A DNA stretch of 50,603 bases from a virus. Taxonomy: Duplodnaviria > Caudoviricetes. The notes beneath the pieces were generated by a model. It made no database searches and had not been told where the DNA came from. It saw only the letters and a program-made list of their open reading frames with translations. A program made the position numbers and the translations under genes. Position 1 is the first letter of the stretch, and every line of letters begins with the position of its first letter. Below, piece after piece: positions 36,560 through 44,824 of this stretch. The stretch is from positions 1 through 50,603 of IMG/VR virus record IMGVR_UViG_3300046002_006145, one strand, 5' to 3'.

Positions 36560-37654
36560 TTACTTATTCCAGCTTGTGGCAGAAGTTTGTAACAATACAG
36601 AACGGCCTGCCAAGTTCCACGCTGGGAAAATGTTGGCGATTCCTTCAGTTACTTCTTTCACTGGGCTTTCTTCGGAATACTTTTTAATCAAAGTATGACC
36701 GTTCATTACTTTCATTGCTGAAGAGTTTTGAAGGTTCATATCGATTGGACGTTTCCAGTGTGTTTTTCCAAGAACTTTTGATTCAGAGAATAATACAACG
36801 TCAGCTTCGAATGGGTTTCCTGTAGCACGGCTACCGTCTGCCAATTCGATTGTGATGTCCTGGTCGATTTCAATGATTTGTAAACCGTTGAATGCAACTC
36901 TACGAGTTAACATTTGGTTCACGTCTGACAATGCAGGAGTTTGAGCCATACCTGACAAGTTAGACAAGTAAGAAGCACACAATTTGATAGCCTCGTCAGT
37001 TTGCACTAATTTGGCCAAAGTTGCAGTGCTCATAAAAGCATACTTGTAAGTAGCACCCAATAATTTACCGGCAGCAACAGCAGCAGGGAAATCTTTTGAG
37101 AATGGTTTGGCACTTGCAACTGTGTCCCAAATTACGTTTGCACCAATTTTTTGAGCAGCAGGGATTTGATAATCCACGTTGTACTCAGTGATAACACCAG
37201 CGTTATTAGCATTGGTGAAAGTCAATTTTCCAAGCGAGATTTGTTTCAAAGCCATCCATTCAGCTCTTGCAGCTACACCAGTCCAAACGTACTGTGTATC
37301 TTCTGCCCAGAATTCAACCAAGGCTTTAAGGTCTGGGTTGTTGCTGGCCATTGCAAGCATAATGTCGTATTCCGTTAACTCATCTTCTTGTTTTTCACGA
37401 GCGATTGAGATTTTCGGAATGTCACCCTGAATTCTGCTGATAGCTTCACGGGTTTTTTTCGGGATTGAAGATCCACGGCTAACAAGGTCAGCAGCTATTT
37501 TCAAGCCAGACTGTCCTTCAAGCATTTTCCAAGTTAGAAACGGTGTTTCTGTAAGTGGAAATAACGTTGGGTAGTAGTAAGGTTTCAAATCGTAAGTGTT
37601 AATTACGGCTTGCATATCTTTCTCATTCAACCCTTGCATCAATGATTTTTGCAT
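36560..37654 (-). CDS. Major capsid protein (lambda gpE-like)
   Basis: 364 aa; GDIPKISIAR, ARAEWMALKQISLG, VDYQIP, AFMSTATL. Confidence 0.85.
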   Translation of the reverse strand: MQKSLMQGLNEKDMQAVINTYDLKPYYYPTLFPLTETPFLTWKMLEGQSGLKIAADLVSRGSSIPKKTREAISRIQGDIPKISIAREKQEDELTEYDIMLAMASNNPDLKALVEFWAEDTQYVWTGVAARAEWMALKQISLGKLTFTNANNAGVITEYNVDYQIPAAQKIGANVIWDTVASAKPFSKDFPAAVAAGKLLGATYKYAFMSTATLAKLVQTDEAIKLCASYLSNLSGMAQTPALSDVNQMLTRRVAFNGLQIIEIDQDITIELADGSRATGNPFEADVVLFSESKVLGKTHWKRPIDMNLQNSSAMKVMNGHTLIKKYSEESPVKEVTEGIANIFPAWNLAGRSVLLQTSATSWNK

Positions 37655-37680
37655 TTTCTTTAGTTTTTAGAGTTAAACGA

Positions 37681-38262
37681 TTAAACGATGTAGTGAATAC
37701 CTTTCAACGTAGCCGTTACTGTAGCATTTACAGAAGGTGCGTTTCCAGTTTTTACAACAGCCAATACCCAAGCATCAGTGAACAAACTTTCGCTTGCCAC
37801 AACGTCTTGATTTTGTCCTGCAATTACAGTCGGTGCATACTTCACAACTTTGTCACCAGCGTTAGACTGGAAAGCAACAGTTTTTGAAGCGGCAGTGATA
37901 ACAACCCCAAGAGTGGTTCCAACAGTGATAACATCTTTGTCGGCATTGGTTGTTTTGTCGATGGCAGTAATTAACTGGCCATTAGCTCCCTCAGTTGCGA
38001 ATCTATCGCCAACTTTGAAGTGAGATCCTTTTGCTACATCGTAAGCCACGGCACTAATAATAGCATCGGTTACGATTAAAGCGGTTTTGCACACGTGGTA
38101 CATACCATCTGCAACGGCATACGCTAACGGTGTGCCTTCTTTCAAAGCAGCACCACCAATATCGGCAACCGAAACGGTTACGCCCCCTGGTACATCAGCT
38201 ATACGGTGCAGAATAGCTTTTATGACACGGCTGTCAGCCGAGCGAGTGATTTTTAAAGCCAT
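37681..38262 (-). CDS. Head decoration/cement protein
   Basis: Between scaffold and capsid genes; DVPGGVTV, LKEGTPL. Confidence 0.65.
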   Translation of the reverse strand: MALKITRSADSRVIKAILHRIADVPGGVTVSVADIGGAALKEGTPLAYAVADGMYHVCKTALIVTDAIISAVAYDVAKGSHFKVGDRFATEGANGQLITAIDKTTNADKDVITVGTTLGVVITAASKTVAFQSNAGDKVVKYAPTVIAGQNQDVVASESLFTDAWVLAVVKTGNAPSVNATVTATLKGIHYIV

Positions 38263-38292
38263 TTGTTTAAATGTTTTAAGTTAAAATTCGTT

Positions 38293-38979
38293 TTACAATT
38301 CTTTGCCTGAAAGAACCTTGGTGTCTTCTGATTTGCTCGTTATAAACGAAGCAACGCCAGCAGAAACCCCTTCTTTATTCGTGCCGCCCATAATTGGTTT
38401 GCCGTGTCCAGAAAGTCCTTTGTCAGCCAGTTCTTGATTAAGAGCCGTGATGTCTGTTTCAAATTCAGTCAAGTATTCATTGAAGGAATCGTCAGTATCG
38501 AAGTTCATTCTGCCAAAGTCTTTCAACTTCTGGGCTTTGAATGTTTCCGGAACGTCTTTAAGTTTCCCTTCAAGTGTTTGAAGCCTTGATTCTTTTGTTT
38601 TTTGTCCTTCGAAGCCACCTATCTTGTCTGCAAGTGCTTTGTTTTGGTCAATCAAAGCTTTAGCCCAAGCAGGCATTTGGTTCGGGTCAGTAGGGTTTGT
38701 TGGGTCCGGTTTCGGGTCGCCTTTTTTCTCTACCAAGTCAAACTTTTCTTTCAGTGTACTTTCAAAGGTTTTTGTCGAAGTCGACACCTCTTTGTCCACA
38801 TCTTTGCGAAAGTCTTTTACGAAATCATTCACCTGATCTGGGGTGAACTTTTCGACTAATGCGTTCGCTTCTTCATCGGTTGTAGCTTGCGTGGCCAAAG
38901 CCCCTGCCAATTGCGCCAATCCGTCTTTTCGCACGCCTGCAAATTTTGCGATCAGTAATGCGAGAATGATGTTTTTCAT
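38293..38979 (-). CDS. Capsid scaffolding protein
   Basis: Charged, helical, Pro-rich linker then MPAWAKALID; position. Confidence 0.7.
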   Translation of the reverse strand: MKNIILALLIAKFAGVRKDGLAQLAGALATQATTDEEANALVEKFTPDQVNDFVKDFRKDVDKEVSTSTKTFESTLKEKFDLVEKKGDPKPDPTNPTDPNQMPAWAKALIDQNKALADKIGGFEGQKTKESRLQTLEGKLKDVPETFKAQKLKDFGRMNFDTDDSFNEYLTEFETDITALNQELADKGLSGHGKPIMGGTNKEGVSAGVASFITSKSEDTKVLSGKEL

Positions 38980-39016
38980 TGTGTTCAAATGTTTTGGTTA
39001 ATAATCAGATTGACAA

Positions 39017-39043
39017 CAAATATAAATAGTATTACTGTGATAC
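39017..39043 (-). promoter_or_regulatory. Head/tail operon promoter: operator GTATTACTGTGATAC (39029-39043) 4 nt upstream of TATATTTG
   Basis: Read directly from the sequence. Confidence 0.7.
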
Positions 39044-39153
39044 TATATTGATTTATGTGTACTTATGAAATAGTTATGCAATAGTGTTTAAGGCTAATTT
39101 GGCAAATAATGAAATTTTAACACTTTATTTTACATTTGTATTAAGTATATATA

Positions 39154-39205
39154 TATATTTGCATATGTATTAGAGTAATACATACATCATTTAAAACCGC
39201 AACAA
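39154..39205 (+). promoter_or_regulatory. Promoter cassette: TATATTTG, operator GTATTAGAGTAATAC (39167-39181), TTAAAACCGCAACAA leader
   Basis: Same architecture as the 7130-7179 and 16084-16126 cassettes. Confidence 0.7.
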
Positions 39206-39295
39206 ATGAAAAAATCAACACAATTAAAAGCAGTCTTATTAATAGCTGCTTACTTCCCGATCAGAATCTTAGTTCAGTTAATCTTTAACATTTAA
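39206..39295 (+). CDS. 29-aa hydrophobic peptide
   Basis: MKKSTQLKAVLLIAAYFPIRILVQLIFNI directly after the leader motif. Confidence 0.6.
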   Translation: MKKSTQLKAVLLIAAYFPIRILVQLIFNI

Positions 39296-39297
39296 GA

Positions 39298-39402
39298 ATG
39301 AAGCTATCACCACATAACGAAAAGCGCATCACGTGGGCTGTCGTTGCAATAGTCACAGTATTATGGGCATCATTTATCATTAGTCTATTTTATGAGCACT
39401 AA
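39298..39402 (+). CDS. 34-aa single-TM peptide
   Basis: MKLSPHNEKRITWAVVAIVTVLWASFIISLFYEH. Confidence 0.55.
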   Translation: MKLSPHNEKRITWAVVAIVTVLWASFIISLFYEH

Positions 39403-39538
39403 AGAGATTATAACCCAGAACAACAAGGAATTACTCAACCGGTTGATTCCTTCCAAAGCCTTACCGATATACTGCAACTCGGTAAAGGATCCAAACGCAG
39501 AAGTATTTAATCAACCTATATCAAAATGGAAAAAATAA
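39392..39538 (+). CDS. 48-aa hypothetical protein
   Basis: MSTKEIITQ...SKWKK, overlapping both neighbours. Confidence 0.5.
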   Translation: MSTKEIITQNNKELLNRLIPSKALPIYCNSVKDPNAEVFNQPISKWKK

Positions 39539-39690
39539 TAATTGAAAAAGTAAACGGTAAGTGGCTGATTAACGGCAAGACCTACACCAATATTAACGAC
39601 GATGAAAAGAAATTCTTTGACGAATTCATTCTCTTTATGAAGTGGGAACAAGGAAAAGACGAGTTCGATAAACGAAATAAAGTATCTTGA
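39526..39690 (+). CDS. 54-aa hypothetical protein
   Basis: MEKIIIEKVNGKWLINGKTY...RNKVS. Confidence 0.6.
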   Translation: MEKIIIEKVNGKWLINGKTYTNINDDEKKFFDEFILFMKWEQGKDEFDKRNKVS

Positions 39691-39692
39691 TT

Positions 39693-40229
39693 ATGGACAC
39701 ATCACCAAAATTATACTTCCTTAAAAACAGCGAAGGCAAGTTTTTTAACTCAAAGTATAAAAACTTCAGTACGATTCTTAACGCCAATTATGAGCGTGAC
39801 AAGGTTCGAATGCAATCCATATTGAACCTTCCACAGTTTCAGGGTTGTGAAATCCACGAAATGACCGAAGAGAACTTTCGCATCTTAATGGGCTGTGAAA
39901 CAACCAGGGTAATCTTGGCCGGACAATACTTCGTGCAGCTATTGGAGCAGTTCGATATGAAGCTGCCAACCATTTCACAGATAGGTAAGAATATGCACAA
40001 GAAATGTAAGTCGGTAATCGATGAACTAACACCAATGACGATCTGGCATAAGAGCTTCATCAAGTCGCAGGAAGACCAGACAGATGAAGTGCAAGGCTTT
40101 TATCAGGAATTCATCGAAACTATGGCAACGATTGAATTATTTCAATGTGCCGAGGTTACGGCAATAATGAAAGCCTATCACAAGGACAAGGCAAGTATGT
40201 TGGGTATAACAAAGAAAATTCTAAAATAA
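39693..40229 (+). CDS. Hypothetical protein
   Basis: Long ORF within the operon; ATG 39693 follows the upstream TGA. Confidence 0.7.
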   Translation: MDTSPKLYFLKNSEGKFFNSKYKNFSTILNANYERDKVRMQSILNLPQFQGCEIHEMTEENFRILMGCETTRVILAGQYFVQLLEQFDMKLPTISQIGKNMHKKCKSVIDELTPMTIWHKSFIKSQEDQTDEVQGFYQEFIETMATIELFQCAEVTAIMKAYHKDKASMLGITKKILK

Positions 40230-40230
40230 A

Positions 40231-40491
40231 ATGAAAACAAAAAACACAATCATCCACGTGGAATTCCACGACGGACCAAGAAAAGGGCAACACCACTATT
40301 TTGGTTCCATTACGGCCATCTTTGACAAGATACCAAAGCACGAAGTCAAGACTACCATACAGGCCTTGTATCGCTTCAATTTGGATTCTGGTAAGCCTTT
40401 CAATAATAAGGTTTGCATCATTCGCAAAGGTGTCATTCATCGTAAGCCTGGGAACCGTACTGCACCAGTTAAAATCCTAAGACTACAATAA
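40231..40491 (+). CDS. Hypothetical basic protein
   Basis: 86 aa, HYFGSITAIFD. Confidence 0.7.
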   Translation: MKTKNTIIHVEFHDGPRKGQHHYFGSITAIFDKIPKHEVKTTIQALYRFNLDSGKPFNNKVCIIRKGVIHRKPGNRTAPVKILRLQ

Positions 40492-40535
40492 CAAAACTTT
40501 AACATAATTATAGATATATACTGAATACATATGTA

Positions 40536-40557
40536 TATATTTGTATCACTGTAATAC
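40536..40557 (+). promoter_or_regulatory. Internal promoter TATATTTG overlapping operator GTATCACTGTAATAC (40543-40557)
   Basis: Identical to 23881-23902. Confidence 0.75.
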
Positions 40558-40574
40558 ATTTAAATCAATTAGTT

Positions 40575-40922
40575 ATGAAAATAAAACTAAAAATTACCTC
40601 CAATGAGCTTCGGTTTTTGGAAAAGAAAACTTATTACGTTACCGGAATCCATATAAACGATTTGACACGTGATAAAAAGTCCGCTTATACTATTATGCTG
40701 GACATTGCCGATAAGGTGGCAAATAAGGCAAAGAGCCTAAACCGTCAGGCTTCATCTGATAATAAGAATCACGATATTTCTTTGAAGTGGCACGAGGCCG
40801 AAACCCTTGAAATGTTTCTTACCGGTTTGAATGAACCAGGTGAAGATCCTTACAGTGCAGATCCTTACAGTGCCAATATGTCCAGAAAGATTATTTCACA
40901 ACTTAATCAAAAGCTGGCCTAA
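40575..40922 (+). CDS. Hypothetical protein
   Basis: 115 aa; carries an in-frame 15-bp tandem duplication (40844-40873). Confidence 0.7.
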   Translation: MKIKLKITSNELRFLEKKTYYVTGIHINDLTRDKKSAYTIMLDIADKVANKAKSLNRQASSDNKNHDISLKWHEAETLEMFLTGLNEPGEDPYSADPYSANMSRKIISQLNQKLA

Positions 40923-41134
40923 TGAAACACTTAATTCAAGCAACTAAGGCGTATAATTCAATGGAAAAAGTAGTACGCACAATAATAAACCGCCATACAA
41001 GCCAAGTTCAGATTCAAGATGCCGTTATCCAGGCTCGCAATTTAGGAGTTGAAAAGTGGCGTGAACAAACCGGAATACCTAACAGGTGGAAAGGCATTGT
41101 CGAAGAAATAGTTACTAACGAACAACCAATTTAA
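40922..41134 (+). CDS. Hypothetical protein
   Basis: 70 aa; TAATG-coupled to the upstream gene. Confidence 0.65.
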   Translation: MKHLIQATKAYNSMEKVVRTIINRHTSQVQIQDAVIQARNLGVEKWREQTGIPNRWKGIVEEIVTNEQPI

Positions 41135-41136
41135 TT

Positions 41137-41412
41137 ATGAAAAATCCAACAAACCAAACAGCAGAAGTACTTTATGAAATACTGAATAATGTAAGCGTTT
41201 CCAGAAAGGATATTTTAATCAGCACCGGAGTATTGAACCCAACGGCTCGAATTGCCGACTTACGAATTCGTCACGGCATAGATATTACTTGCGAAAACGT
41301 CAAGACAAGGAATAAGTTTTCAAGGCAAGTAACATACGGAACTTGGAGTATACAGGGTCAGGAAAACATCGACAAGGCTCATGCTGTATATAACCAAATC
41401 AACGCGAATTAA
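41137..41412 (+). CDS. Winged HTH (HTH_39-like) protein
   Basis: PTARIADLRIRHGIDI motif. Confidence 0.65.
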   Translation: MKNPTNQTAEVLYEILNNVSVSRKDILISTGVLNPTARIADLRIRHGIDITCENVKTRNKFSRQVTYGTWSIQGQENIDKAHAVYNQINAN

Positions 41413-41413
41413 G

Positions 41414-41608
41414 ATGGAAAAAGAGTACAAAGGCGTGAGTTGGAATAGACAGAAACAACGATGGATTTCAAGGGTAATTTCAAAAGGTATTACTTATGAC
41501 TGTGGTAGTCACGCTGAGCAAGTTGACGCTGTTAAGGCAAGAGATAGGTGTATAATTCATAATGGGCTTGGAGTTCAGAAATTGCAAATTATTAAACCAC
41601 GAGTATGA
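41414..41608 (+). CDS. Stand-alone AP2-domain DNA-binding protein
   Basis: YKGVSWNRQKQRWISRV...CGSHAEQVDAVKARD; ATG at 41414. Confidence 0.7.
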   Translation: MEKEYKGVSWNRQKQRWISRVISKGITYDCGSHAEQVDAVKARDRCIIHNGLGVQKLQIIKPRV

Positions 41609-41721
41609 AAAACTACATTAATGTGCTTATTTTTAGGCTAAGAAACTGGGTCAGGAACATTTCAAAGAGTTGTCCACGAGAAACAAAATGGTAAAATTAT
41701 GAAATCAAATATTTATATAAA

Positions 41722-42036
41722 ATGGAAAAGTTTACAATAATTGCCATTTCCGTAGACAGCGACTATGGCAACGCTTTCGTAATTGAAGGCGATGATCTAT
41801 ATTACTTCATCAACGAAAGACCAGAAAACGGAGGTTTCGATACTGTTTACCCCTGCCCTATTGGACAGGTTGCTGGTCGCTTTCGCCACAATTGGTTCTT
41901 GGACAATGGCGAACATAGCCCAGTTCCGGAAGACCTCGTAAATCGAATAAAAAAGCAGCAAAGCAATCCTGACTTTCAAAAGCTTTGCGAGCAACAGAAA
42001 CGACAATTCGGAAAGAAACGATTTGAATTTGATTAA
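41722..42036 (+). CDS. Hypothetical protein (candidate immunity to the MuF C-terminal toxin)
   Basis: 104 aa, acidic N-terminal half, convergent on the MuF 3' end. Confidence 0.6.
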   Translation: MEKFTIIAISVDSDYGNAFVIEGDDLYYFINERPENGGFDTVYPCPIGQVAGRFRHNWFLDNGEHSPVPEDLVNRIKKQQSNPDFQKLCEQQKRQFGKKRFEFD

Positions 42037-42072
42037 AAAAAAAGGCTGGAATTTAACCCAGCCTTTTTTTTT
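42035..42072. terminator. Bidirectional intrinsic terminator
   Basis: A9-GGCTGG-loop-CCAGCC-T9. Confidence 0.85.
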
Positions 42073-44662
42073 ATAGCTTAACGATACCAGAACTTTTTTC
42101 CAAGTATAATTTAATACCAAATGATTTGAGCTTTCTTATAACTTCAGGCGTGAACCTACTTGCATCACTCTCTGATATAAGTATCTTTTCAACGTGAGTT
42201 AGATCAACCTTACCGTGATACTGCAGCTCAATATACGAAGTTCCAAATTTGTTTGTGAACTTATGAATATTTTTCGTTCCAACAGATTTTGAAGCTGAAA
42301 TGATATTGTTAAAACTATAGTTGCTTACAGAACTAACCTTTGGATTTGTAGTCAATGAAGGTGCAAGTCCAGAACCCAAACTATCATTCATTGTAAATGT
42401 AGCCTGAACATTATCTTTCTTAAAGTAAGCTATAGTCCTGCCGTAACTTGAAGGTCCGTAGTTGCCAATCTCTACAGCCATATCCTTATCACCCAAATAT
42501 CCATAATGCTCGTAATCGAATGCTTTTGCCTTCTTAGTATCTGTACCAAATAGGTTATTTGAAGCCGTAATTCGACGGTCAGGGTCAAGCATACCACCCG
42601 ATTTTACATTAAGTCCAAGTTCTCTAAGTTCTATCTGATTAAGGAAGCCGTGCTGCATTATTCCTTCTATATCACGTCCATTGAAACGCATTGAGAATTC
42701 ACCGTTATCAATAAGCTCGGCCATATAACCTTCGATTTCATTAATATCACTTTTAGATAATCCACGTGCTTTATCTTGAATCCATTTCCTTACGGTTTCT
42801 TCCTGATTGGCCAACGTTGGTGGCATTCCGGCTGTACGCTGAATCTTATATTGTTCACCAACCTTGCCTACTTCGTCAATAGCTTTCTGTATGCGTTTTA
42901 GGTCAGTAGTTCCTGTAGCAAGTGAAGCTTTCAGTTCACTAACAGCTGCTTTTACATCAGTTTCTTTGTAATCTTTAAAGCGATATATGACAGTCTTAGC
43001 CTGGTCGGTTATCCTTTCAGACTCATAAGAAGCTTTCATCAATTCAACGTCACGCTTGTATAGCGCAATCATTGTGTCGGAAGTGCTGTATCTGGAATGT
43101 GAAGGGATCCAATCTATTTCGAATTCAAGCTTGGAAATCTTCTCGGCTGTGCCTAACCTGGATATGTCAGCTATTTTTCTTTCGTAAGCGCCAAATAGCG
43201 AATCAACTTCGGACTGGCTAAACTTAGTAAGCAGATGTTCACGGCTTAATGGGTCTGCTTTTATAAGCTTTTGAGCTTTTATATCTTTAACCAATTTGCT
43301 CGATTTACCTGCTATCTGTGCATAAGTCAAGCTTTCATCTTCAATAGCTAGTTTCAAGGCTTCAAGGTTCTTGCTGGAAATACCAAGGCTTTCGGCTTCT
43401 ACTATTTTCTTTTTAGCGTAAACTATTTCAGCTATCTTTTTATCTGCCAGTACTTTTGCTTTTGCTGCTGCGATTGCTTGCTCTGCTGCTAGTGCTTCGG
43501 CTGCTGCCTTTGCTGCTTCTGCCGCCAATTTTTCTGCTGCAAGTGATTCCGCACTCTTTGTGGCTAGTTTCAGGCCACCAGACATCCTACCACCCACAAA
43601 GTTGTCTTTAATGAAATAAGGCTGTGATTTCCAACCTTTGGACCGTTCTGTATTATCAGCAATCCAATCTTTGAAACCTTTCGGAACGTCTGTAACGGTA
43701 TTGGCTGATTGAAACGGCTTGTATTCCGTTCCGTTAATGGCTGAAGAAAGCTCGTTTAGTTCGTCCGTGTTAAATTCTTTCGGGTCTTGAAGTATTGGAA
43801 TACACTTGCACCGGCATTGTGGGTGCCAGCCTACGAATTTGAATTCCTTTGGGTACTTGCCTTTGACTATATCGCAAATGTCATAAACAGGGTGATTATT
43901 TGACAGCATCACTTCGAAGCCGACAACGAAGTCAAGTTGCTGCCAACGAAGCTGGTCCGATTCTCGATATGCCATATTTATTTCGGAACGTGTCAAACGC
44001 ATTGCGTTTTTGTGACTGCTTCTATATTTTCCCTGCCCAGGATGGAATGCTTCGGCATTCTTTGAAAGGTGCAACACACCCCGTTTATCACGTACCTGTC
44101 TGAAAAGCTTATCCGGATCCACAAGGTATTGTTTCAATTCTCTTGAAAGTGATTGAGCTGATTTACCGTCACCAATAGCCACATCGATACCCAGTTCCAT
44201 TTGTTTCTTCATTTGGCCTGAGTAGTTCCATATCCTATCAGATAAGCCCATACCGTTAACCTTTCGTGTTTGGAAGGTTTTTAAGGCGTCAAGGTTTCTG
44301 TCCTGGTATTTATTCAGTACCGATTTTTTAACCTTGGAAGTGTCGAGTATGGCTGAAAGGAAAGCATCATTCTTTTGGCAGGCATAAAGCCATTGTTTTT
44401 CGCTTCCCTGAACGATAACGCTTTGCATCTTATTAGCCAACTGTGAAGCAATGACTTCGGCTTTGGCTTTTGTGCCTGGATAATCTGAAAAAGAAAAAGG
44501 CTTGGCAGGATCTATTTTTAATTTTGATGCCATCTGAGAATATTCAGCTACAGCCTGATTGTACAGCGTATCAATCGCCTTTGTGTACTGTTCCGTTTGC
44601 TGAATGTGACTGGCATCGAATCCTTGAATTGAAAAGCCTTGTTTCTTTGGTGTTTTAGACAT
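42071..44662 (-). CDS. MuF/SPP1 gp7-like minor head protein with a long C-terminal extension (ART/DUF3626-like)
   Basis: LSDRIW, RLTRSEINMAY, GWHPQCRC; Ala-rich linker; C-terminal GFLNQIE...SGG...HYGYL...YG...TFTMNDSL...YIELQYHG. Confidence 0.8.
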   Translation of the reverse strand: MSKTPKKQGFSIQGFDASHIQQTEQYTKAIDTLYNQAVAEYSQMASKLKIDPAKPFSFSDYPGTKAKAEVIASQLANKMQSVIVQGSEKQWLYACQKNDAFLSAILDTSKVKKSVLNKYQDRNLDALKTFQTRKVNGMGLSDRIWNYSGQMKKQMELGIDVAIGDGKSAQSLSRELKQYLVDPDKLFRQVRDKRGVLHLSKNAEAFHPGQGKYRSSHKNAMRLTRSEINMAYRESDQLRWQQLDFVVGFEVMLSNNHPVYDICDIVKGKYPKEFKFVGWHPQCRCKCIPILQDPKEFNTDELNELSSAINGTEYKPFQSANTVTDVPKGFKDWIADNTERSKGWKSQPYFIKDNFVGGRMSGGLKLATKSAESLAAEKLAAEAAKAAAEALAAEQAIAAAKAKVLADKKIAEIVYAKKKIVEAESLGISSKNLEALKLAIEDESLTYAQIAGKSSKLVKDIKAQKLIKADPLSREHLLTKFSQSEVDSLFGAYERKIADISRLGTAEKISKLEFEIDWIPSHSRYSTSDTMIALYKRDVELMKASYESERITDQAKTVIYRFKDYKETDVKAAVSELKASLATGTTDLKRIQKAIDEVGKVGEQYKIQRTAGMPPTLANQEETVRKWIQDKARGLSKSDINEIEGYMAELIDNGEFSMRFNGRDIEGIMQHGFLNQIELRELGLNVKSGGMLDPDRRITASNNLFGTDTKKAKAFDYEHYGYLGDKDMAVEIGNYGPSSYGRTIAYFKKDNVQATFTMNDSLGSGLAPSLTTNPKVSSVSNYSFNNIISASKSVGTKNIHKFTNKFGTSYIELQYHGKVDLTHVEKILISESDASRFTPEVIRKLKSFGIKLYLEKSSGIVKL

Positions 44663-44680
44663 TATGTATTGGTGAATGTT

Positions 44681-44824
44681 TTACCTTTTCTTTTTACGTT
44701 TAGGAATAAATATTGGTGAATTGGCAGCCTGTTTGAAATAAAAAAAAGGTTCATCACTTTGCCTTGACTGATTTTCAATCTGTCCCCTCCTATCTCTATG
44801 GAATTTATAATCAGCCTTTTTCAT
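44681..44824 (-). CDS. 47-aa basic peptide between portal and MuF
   Basis: TAATG-coupled to the portal stop; MKKADYKFHRDRRG...SPIFIPKRKKKR. Confidence 0.45.
   Translation of the reverse strand: MKKADYKFHRDRRGQIENQSRQSDEPFFYFKQAANSPIFIPKRKKKR

Noticed and set aside
42207-42221. Additional operator copy inside MuF (also 31524)
   Set aside because: Only one half-site matches
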